A stretch of 59,235 nucleotides of DNA, the filler included, from Aplysia californica (lineage: Eukaryota), in assembly GCF_000002075.1 (NCBI RefSeq). It is 2 parts of 2 records of this genome, joined end to end, with 100 filler letters (N's around TTAATTAATTAA, not from the genome) between each part and the next. Parts side by side here need not be neighbours in the genome. Positions count along the whole stretch, not along the records: positions 29,635 to 59,235 come from NW_004797387.1; 1 more part is not named here. The stretch is one strand, 5' to 3'. The notes under the pieces are model-generated. The model worked only from the letters and a program-made list of their open reading frames with translations, had not been told where the DNA came from and made no database searches. The position numbers and the translations under genes are program-made. This document shows, in pieces, positions 52,163 through 59,235 of this stretch; position 1 is the first letter of the stretch, and every line of letters starts with the position of its first letter.

Positions 52163-53032
52163 CTGGAACTGAACAATATAGCAAGAGCATGGCCTCGACC
52201 CCTTACCCAACAGATAAAAAAGAACCACTTTAGTGACCCATTAAAATTTTTTCAACAATAAATTATCATATGTTGAACGCTTAATTTAAGGTAAACAAAA
52301 TTTTGAAGGCAAATGAAAGTAAATATTTCAAATAATCAAAGAAAGGATCATTACATTTTGCAAAACTGAAAAAAGGTTTTGAGTTTCACAAGACTTACGC
52401 AAAGATCATTTAAAGAACTTTGCACATAATCATTAACTTGAGCTCATTATTTCATTTTAAACCCAAATGTACAGCAGCTAGCATATTGCCTGCTTTACTG
52501 GTATCATTAAGTAGGCCATTAAAGGATTGGGGGGGGGAACCAAGTAAGATGATAAAGTAAAACAGAAGAACCTGTTGTGGCACACCAGGAGGTCAAGAAT
52601 CTCTCAGGCCCTAGGTCACATCCTCAGTCAAACTTGTCAATACTCAAAATGTCACACCTGAAATTCTGCTGAAATCTACAGGCAAAAAATTACCCCCCCC
52701 CCCTCCCAGTCCCAGAACAAATATAACTTTCCACAACTGTTTTTCTTTTATTCAATAAGTCAATAGAATCAGCTTTTTTTACTTTTTCAATGTTATTTTT
52801 ACTTATTCACCAAGAGAAAGCAATTTTACTATCTCTAGCTATAATAATATGGACAATAGGAAAATGAATTTAATTGGATAAGTTTGTAAAAAACTTAGAA
52901 AATGTCATAAAAACAAACCAATGCTTGTGGGATTCAAGAATATGGGAAGATTGAAATAGTCTATTGGTAATGTATATTTTCAAATACCATATTTATCAAT
53001 ATATGCCGCAGAGACAGACGTACTGGGCTTAC

Positions 53033-53155
53033 CACACCAAGACCTTTTGGGGAACCAGACAAAACTGCGCGCAGGAGAGTAAGCGTCGCAACCGTACATC
53101 ACACCATACATGAACACTGCTTTGTGCATCCCTCTTGTCTACATGATAAGAGTTT
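53033..53155 (-). other. Array cassette, family X
   Basis: GGGGAAATG...CTGTAGTTACAG|AAAC ... TTGGTGTG|GTAAGCCCAGTAC; 123 nt. Confidence 0.75.
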
Positions 53156-53522
53156 CTGTAACTACAGAATACAACACAGACATTTCCCCAGCCCAGAACA
53201 CCCCCAAAGACAACAACAGGACCAGACTTAAATTTCTTATACAACCTTAGCATTGAAAGACATTTTACAGGGGCATTTCTTACATTTCTCGACATCAAAC
53301 AGCATTTATTGAAGGAAAAATAAAGTTGGGATCGAGTAATAATTTTTTTTCAAATCAGAGGAAAGTAAATAACCAGCAAAGTGTTATCTTTTTATCATTT
53401 AATTATTTCAATCTCAATTTACAATAGCTCAAGTTGTTAAAAATTAACAAAATAACTATCTTCTCTAGTCATATCATCACTGTTGCTCAAGAGAATAATA
53501 AAGAGAACTGGCAGAGAACAAC

Positions 53523-53615
53523 CTGAAACTGGGACACGCCTTGGGCCAGACCAGGACTTGGTACTTTCCCCTCTCAGTGGCTAGCAGGTTACTTTCAAAA
53601 GTCACACCAGGAAGT
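53523..53615 (-). other. Array cassette, family Y (others start at 51049, 52668, 54760)
   Basis: Shared GGGGAGGG..GGGAAGG-(C/T)TAA..T(A/G)GATTTCAG-ACTTTCAG-GTGTGAC; donors weaker (CAG|gtt). Confidence 0.62.
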
Positions 53616-54017
53616 CTGAAATCTAGAGACAGTTTAACCTTCCCTTCCCCTCCCCTAGTTTACCTGGTAGCAAACTTACATTTAAAGGATTAGATATCTA
53701 GATTTTTTTTAAGACTAAGAAGATTCATTAAGATTAAAATTTTCAGATCTCATAAAATATTCAACTATTTTATTCTTTTCAATTGAAAGTGATATCCTAA
53801 TCTTTCTGGGCGAACTAAGCCATGAGCATGAAAAGAGTTGTATATATTCTTTTAAGCAAAATAATAGCTCAGCAATTACAAATGCAGATTGAATTAGTCA
53901 TTGTGAGAACTCAAAGGTTAAACTACAGATGAGACCAATCATATCATAGAGGTGTAAACTTTAAAAGATTTCTACATAGCATTTCATAGAACAGAAAATA
54001 CCGATTACCAGGCTTAC

Positions 54018-54130
54018 CATACCAAGATGATGGAGATAAGAGGTATAGGCTGATTACAGGTTTTGTGACTGTGCACCAATTGTGCTCCCTGTTCCTCCTC
54101 ATGAGACATGTTCGTTTACACGTTCTTTCT
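54018..54130 (-). other. Array cassette, family X
   Basis: GGGGAAATC...GTGTAGTTGCAG|AGAA ... TTGGTATG|GTAAGCCTGGTA; 113 nt. Confidence 0.75.
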
Positions 54131-57100
54131 CTGCAACTACACAATGCAAGGAGATTTCCCCACCCAGTCCCCTCCCAGCGCCCAACGCATCCAACAACAC
54201 AAGAAATATCGCATACAATGTAAGTACAGATACAATTTTTTTCCACACGGCATACCAAGAATATCTGCTTATTTTGTTCATAGCTCATCACGATTTTAGT
54301 AACGCAAAAAAATTTTTTCCTCAAAAGTGAGAATGTAAAGAGAATGTAATAAGATTTCAACAAAATTTCTTTGTTAAAGCGATGTGAAGCATATCAACAC
54401 AATAATGGTCATTTAGTGCTGAGAAATAGACAGGCAGACGGAAACAACAGAGGGAAAGTACAGTAAAAATATAATTGTTGACCAACTCAAAGAAAGCATA
54501 AATGGTGACATTAGGTATAAGAAAGTGAAACAGTCCTTGCAAAGATCATTTTCAGCATAATTTCAGGAAGTTATTAAAAATAAATAAACCAAGGGACAAA
54601 TTATTTTTTTTATCGCATATGCAATTCCACAAAAATACAACAATAAGAAAATAAGTGTACCACAGTGTGGAGAAAAAGAAACCGCTGGGCAACTTTTCAC
54701 CCAAAGAGATGTTCGCGACTTTAGAGCGCCAGACACTCGCATTACACACGCACGTCACACCTGAAAGTAAGAAATCCAGAGGCAAATAATCCTCCCCCAC
54801 CAGACCAACCCTCCCCTCCAACTGAGGCACCACCCATAACCCAGTCCAAATCACAAGGCAAAAAGCAATAAAGAAATGCATACACAAAGATCTGAACCAG
54901 TCTAACTTTTGTAGATAAACAGACGGGGAGCATCAGCTCAAATCTATTCAATTTTATGATTTTTAAGATGAAAAATCTAATATATTATTTCCTTTAATAC
55001 CAAATATTTAATTCAAAGAAGATTTCATCTCAACTCTAGCAAATACTTTCATTATGACCAGACACTAGAAAATATTAGTATAATGTTTTCCAAACAATTT
55101 TCTCTAGAAAGAATATCATTAAGTGAAATTCAATCCTTACTGAACATTCATGAAAACTAATTCTTATTCAACATAACCAAAGGGTAAAAAAATGCATAAC
55201 AAGATAAGTCATTACTGACCGCTTTCATATTTCTCAGTAAAAGCAAAAATAGATCTCACACACCATCATCACCCACGGAGTTGGCACCGATCTCCCAACA
55301 CAACGCAAAGGACAGCTGGCACTGAAAACATCATTCAAAGCAAAAGGTCCGCAGACCCTCAACCCTTATCTTACAAGGAAACGCTACATACTATTAAATC
55401 ATTCAATATAAGATTTTTATCTAATCATTGTAAAAATTTCAGCTAAATCATTGTGCATTTAGATCTCTATTATCAAATCATTGTACATTTAGAGATGTAC
55501 TGATATTAAATCAAGATCTACATAAAATAATTGTACATTTAAATGTGCATGAAACATTGTATGTTTAGATCTATGTTTTGCAAGTTATTTTTTAAGTGCT
55601 TTCTCAAACATGACAAGTTGAATTACTTTTTTAAAAATGAAATATCAGTAAGTGTGAGCTTTTATCAAGACTTTGAAGATAAAGATTTTCAGTACAATTT
55701 CATGGAACAACGAAAGAGTCCAATATTGATTAAATCGCTTTGAATACATTATTGAATGATCTACAAAATACGATTGTAATAAATAATTTCATACCAACAC
55801 AACTTGGGTTTCAAGAATTTTCAGCGAACTTTACCCGTTTCAGTCGTATCCTCCGAATGTTTGTTCCCGCAACATTTGTCTTTATGCCTGGAAGAGACAC
55901 TAGAGGAAAAAAGCAACACCCACCCACCTCCCCGTCTAGTTGAACTAGCTTTTACACATTAATAACATAAAATGGGATATTGTGTCCTGTTACTGTCAAA
56001 AGAAAATTATCCTGATGAGGTCACAACTTGGAACATAAGCAATATGTTGCATTTTTACACTTTAAAAATTAGTTCCTCACCAACACAACTATCATAATTT
56101 CATATTACATTGCGATACTATACAGGAAGTATTCAATTAATTCAAGCCAGCTCTGTTGCTAAAATGTAACTGCTACAATTACAGCACATATTAATTCTAC
56201 ATGATATTCAATTGATTATTTTACAACTTCTATACAAGGAACTTCAAAGAAAGAAATAATTTTTTTAAAACAAAAACAGCCTTGACTTAACAAGCTTTAC
56301 AATATCCTTCTTTAAAAACCAAAACCAAACACCCTCAGCCTCGAACAACACAGTCACCGGTCACATAACTACCCAACTTCAGCGAACGCAACTGCTCAAC
56401 TCCGAACCATCACGCGCTTGGGCACTTTGCCACACCTTTGTCAACGACCGCCATTCAACGCCACGAGACAACGAGACCAGATCACTGAAAGAAATTCCCT
56501 TCACAAACACATCCAAAACCCACACACGTAACTGTTAACATGACATTTCATGAAGTACGGCTTGCATTCATAAAGCAACAATGTTACAAACAAAAAACAG
56601 CATCCATTATACCTCAAAGGAACAGGTATTTAATAATGCTTAAGAAAGTACAAAGACTCAATAGTGTATGTGCAAGCAGTGGATAAGATGTATGGTGGGG
56701 TGGAGTTCTTCTTTATGTCAGTATATTTGAATTTGAGGTGGACTCTTAAAAGGCACTGCTTGAAGTTGAAAGTGTACAGTATTATGTTTTAAGAAAAACA
56801 AAGAGGTGTTTAAGCCATTGAAGGCCTTTTCAGGTTTATTTTTATCAAATCAACATCACGAATGACAAAGACAGAAAAGAGCAAAAAGCTTGCCTGAGAA
56901 CACAGTACCCAGTCTTCTGAACAAGAAAAAACAGCAGGTTGCCACCGTGTCCCGATAACAGAGAGAGGAAGTCCATGTGTACTCGTTCTTTATCGCAGTT
57001 CTGGTTCTTCACAAATCCCAACTGAAAGAAAGCTTTGTACCATAGAATTAGCTCCCCTCCCCCCCCCCCCCCCCACCCCAGAGCTCTCTATAAAATACAT

Positions 57101-57865
57101 AAATTATCATCAGTTACTGTTCACTCTTCAACTATTTTCAAAAGACGAAGTAACTTTTCTTCACTAAGCCATGTTCATCAATTATTATTCACAAGATGCA
57201 AACAATTCAATCAATTAAGTTGAAAGAAAATTTTTGGAAATGACAAATCCAAAATTCAGACATCGTTATTAATAATTTGTCAAGACTTATTGATTTTAAT
57301 GAGTCTACACCATCTAGCATCACTATCAACTTCTCAGGTACAAACCCGAACTCTCTAGTTTACCGTTTATCTGGATAGCAAGATCAGAACCTCTGACAGC
57401 ATGGATCAACGCCGGCCGAATTTGCCAAGGATCGCACCAGGACTCGCAATTGTGGAAAACTTTAGCTGAAATAGAGCCTTTGTCAAGACAACTATCCCTA
57501 ACGTAGGTCATTCTAAAAGAACATTTTTATACACATTTTCCATAAATTATCAAAGCTTAAATCTCAAACGACAATAATAGTACCAGTATGTATCTATTTT
57601 TGTTTTCTCGTTACATAATTTTCGCAACTTCAGAACAACTTTGATTATAAGCAAAGGCTCCTTCTTACGAAAAAGTCAGTTATCATCAGAGAAATATATT
57701 TGTATCCATTAATCTCAATTGTATTTGTTCAATATTGTCCTCAAGAAAGCTAGCAATAGGCAAGTAAAGAGATCACTATCACAGTCTAGAGGTATCTTCA
57801 AAATACGGCACCAATATACGGCACATAAAATATATTCACGTCATCTTCAAAAAGAACCTCAATAC

Positions 57866-58124
57866 CAAGACTAGAGAGAAGGTGCACTGGTCAAGAGTGG
57901 ATGACAGAACTTCATGTTGCTGCTGCTGTTGTCATTGCAGATGTTGCTGTTGCAGTTGTGGATGTGAGGATGGACGAGACCCTGTGACTTCTAGAACGGG
58001 TGGTAGTGGTTGATAAGACAGTCCCCCGGCTCCACTAGATTCTCCTACAGGCGCAAGATGTCCCACGGCTAGTCCTACTCCTTTCCATTTGAACCTCCAA
58101 AGTCCCTCCAGTTACTCCACAAAG
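57866..58124 (-). other. Probable stop-containing exon of an unidentified minus-strand gene whose body lies beyond the gap or window end
   Basis: gttcattttcag| acceptor; GC-richer with a CAG/CAA tract; early stop in every frame (xFVE*, xLWSNW..KE*, LCG..RRI*); possible donor TTG|gtattg. Confidence 0.5.
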
Positions 58125-58427
58125 CTGAAAATGAACTAGCATACCCAAAAAAAAATCCCCAAAAAGCCATTTTTTTCCCTCTTTCCTGCTACATTGTTTC
58201 TTTTTATTTTTTTCTTCTTTCTTTCTTTTCTGGTTTTTTTTTTTTCTTCTTTCTTTCTTTTCTGTTGTTTTTTTTTCTAATTTTTTCTTTTTTTTCCCCC
58301 TCCTCTTTTCTTTTTTTTTTTCAATTTNNNNNNNNNNNNNNNNNNNNNNNNNNNNNNNNNNNNNNNNNNNNNNNNNNNNNNNNNNNNNNNNNNNNNNNNN
58401 NNNNNNNNNNNNNNNNNNNNNNNNNNN

Positions 58428-58850
58428 TGTCGACTGGCGTGGGCGATCATGGACCTCCACTTCACTCTGTCTTGACTTGTCGACTGGCGTGGGCGATCAT
58501 GGACCTCCACTTCACTCTGTCTTGACTTGTCGACTGGCGTGGGCGATCATGGACCTCCACTTCACTCTGTCTTGCGTTGCAGCAATAGTGTCTGTTGTTC
58601 TTGCTGCTCCTAACCATGTTGTCGTTTTATCCAGTATCCTTTCCCTCTGTCTGCATCTGCCTCTCTTTCCATCAAACTTGCCCGTTGTTACAATATTCTC
58701 CAACGCTTCTTTCCGCATTGTGTTTCCAATGAACTTTGCCTCTCGCTTTCTTATATTCGTCATAAGCTGTCTTCTACAATGCTTCTACCAATACTTCTTC
58801 TTTTGTTTTTCTAGCTGTCCAAGGGATACGTAGCAAGCGTCTTATGAACC
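58428..58850 (-). mobile_element. RTE LINE 3' end whose last 50 bp are tandemly repeated
   Basis: IRKREAKFIGNTMRKEALENIVTTGKFDGKRGRCRQRER...QDRVKWRSMIAHA; 50-bp unit at 58428, 58478, 58528. Confidence 0.85.
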
Positions 58851-59204
58851 ACAACTCTTGGATGGTACATAGCCATAATTTAGTAGTGTCTGTTGGCCCC
58901 TGAAAGGCCGAGTCGGTCAGAAAGCAGCCTGCTTCCGAAGTATTCTAAAGTGTGTCGATGGAGGCACAAAAAGCATTTACAATCAATTGCACAAAACTTG
59001 TTGACAACAAAATACATTTTTGTTTGAATACTAACATCCAGAACGTTCGCAATCCAGGCCTAAGTGACGTCATATCAGTTTACTTTATTAATTGTGTTCG
59101 CAGTTTCTCACCCTGGCTAGGAACTGTCTGATCAATTTGGATTACATTGTAATTTTCTGAATTAATTGTTGTTTTGGTTGCTGACAAATTAGAGAAGGGA
59201 GATG

Positions 59205-59235
<31 letters not shown>

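Larger units (their letters stand above)
49496..58124 (-). other. Array of ~17 regularly spaced short exon-like cassettes (apparently non-coding or poison exons)
   Basis: First exon bases after yAG acceptors at 58124, 57465, 57021, 56484, 55887, 55321, 54760, 54130, 53615, 53155, 52668, 52162, 51621, 51049, 50529, 50016, 49640. Each is a GC-richer island in AT-rich spacer, mostly with an upstream G-run and a downstream GT. Confidence 0.75.

Noticed and set aside
50400-54850. X/Y units as snRNA (U1-like CTTACC) or spliced-leader RNA genes, or a snoRNA host array
   Set aside because: CTTACC is simply the reverse complement of the donor GGTAAG. Interiors are not conserved, and I saw no consistent Sm site or C/D boxes in units or spacers; an Infernal scan would settle H/ACA RNAs.
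49496-58124. Array as conventional coding mutually exclusive exons (Dscam-type homologous domains)
   Set aside because: Lengths differ mod 3, several units have stops in all frames, and paralogous peptides are not similar beyond the first few residues.

Overview
Eukaryotic, AT-rich, repeat-rich draft assembly with six N-gaps, from an invertebrate animal (probably a mollusc, inferred from the SINE families and TAGATCTA clusters). Almost all ORFs in the supplied track are spurious; the real genes are spliced and were assembled here by hand. (1) Minus strand ~1.1-12.9 kb: a divergent phospholipase C-gamma-like gene with five phase-compatible exons encoding the N-terminal PH domain, and a probable non-coding first exon at ~19.5 kb. 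(2) ~14-29.5 kb: TE-rich sequence (tRNA-derived Nin/Deu-like and CORE-like SINEs, RTE LINE remnants, MITEs). (3) An artificial N44-TTAATTAATTAA-N44 linker at 29535-29634. (4) Plus strand 30.2-33.0 kb: an orphan LOTUS-like exon, then the last two exons of a C2H2 zinc-finger gene with an apparently very long 3' UTR. (5) Minus strand 46.6-58.1 kb, the most striking region: the 3' end of a transcript containing about 17 short exon-like cassettes spaced at roughly 0.4-0.65 kb. Two interleaved paralogous families conserve G-runs and splice sites, while their interiors have diverged and share no open frame. A G-quadruplex and a branch-point-masking hairpin precede the terminal acceptor. This looks like a duplicated poison/decoy-exon (splicing-NMD) or variable-3'-exon array.
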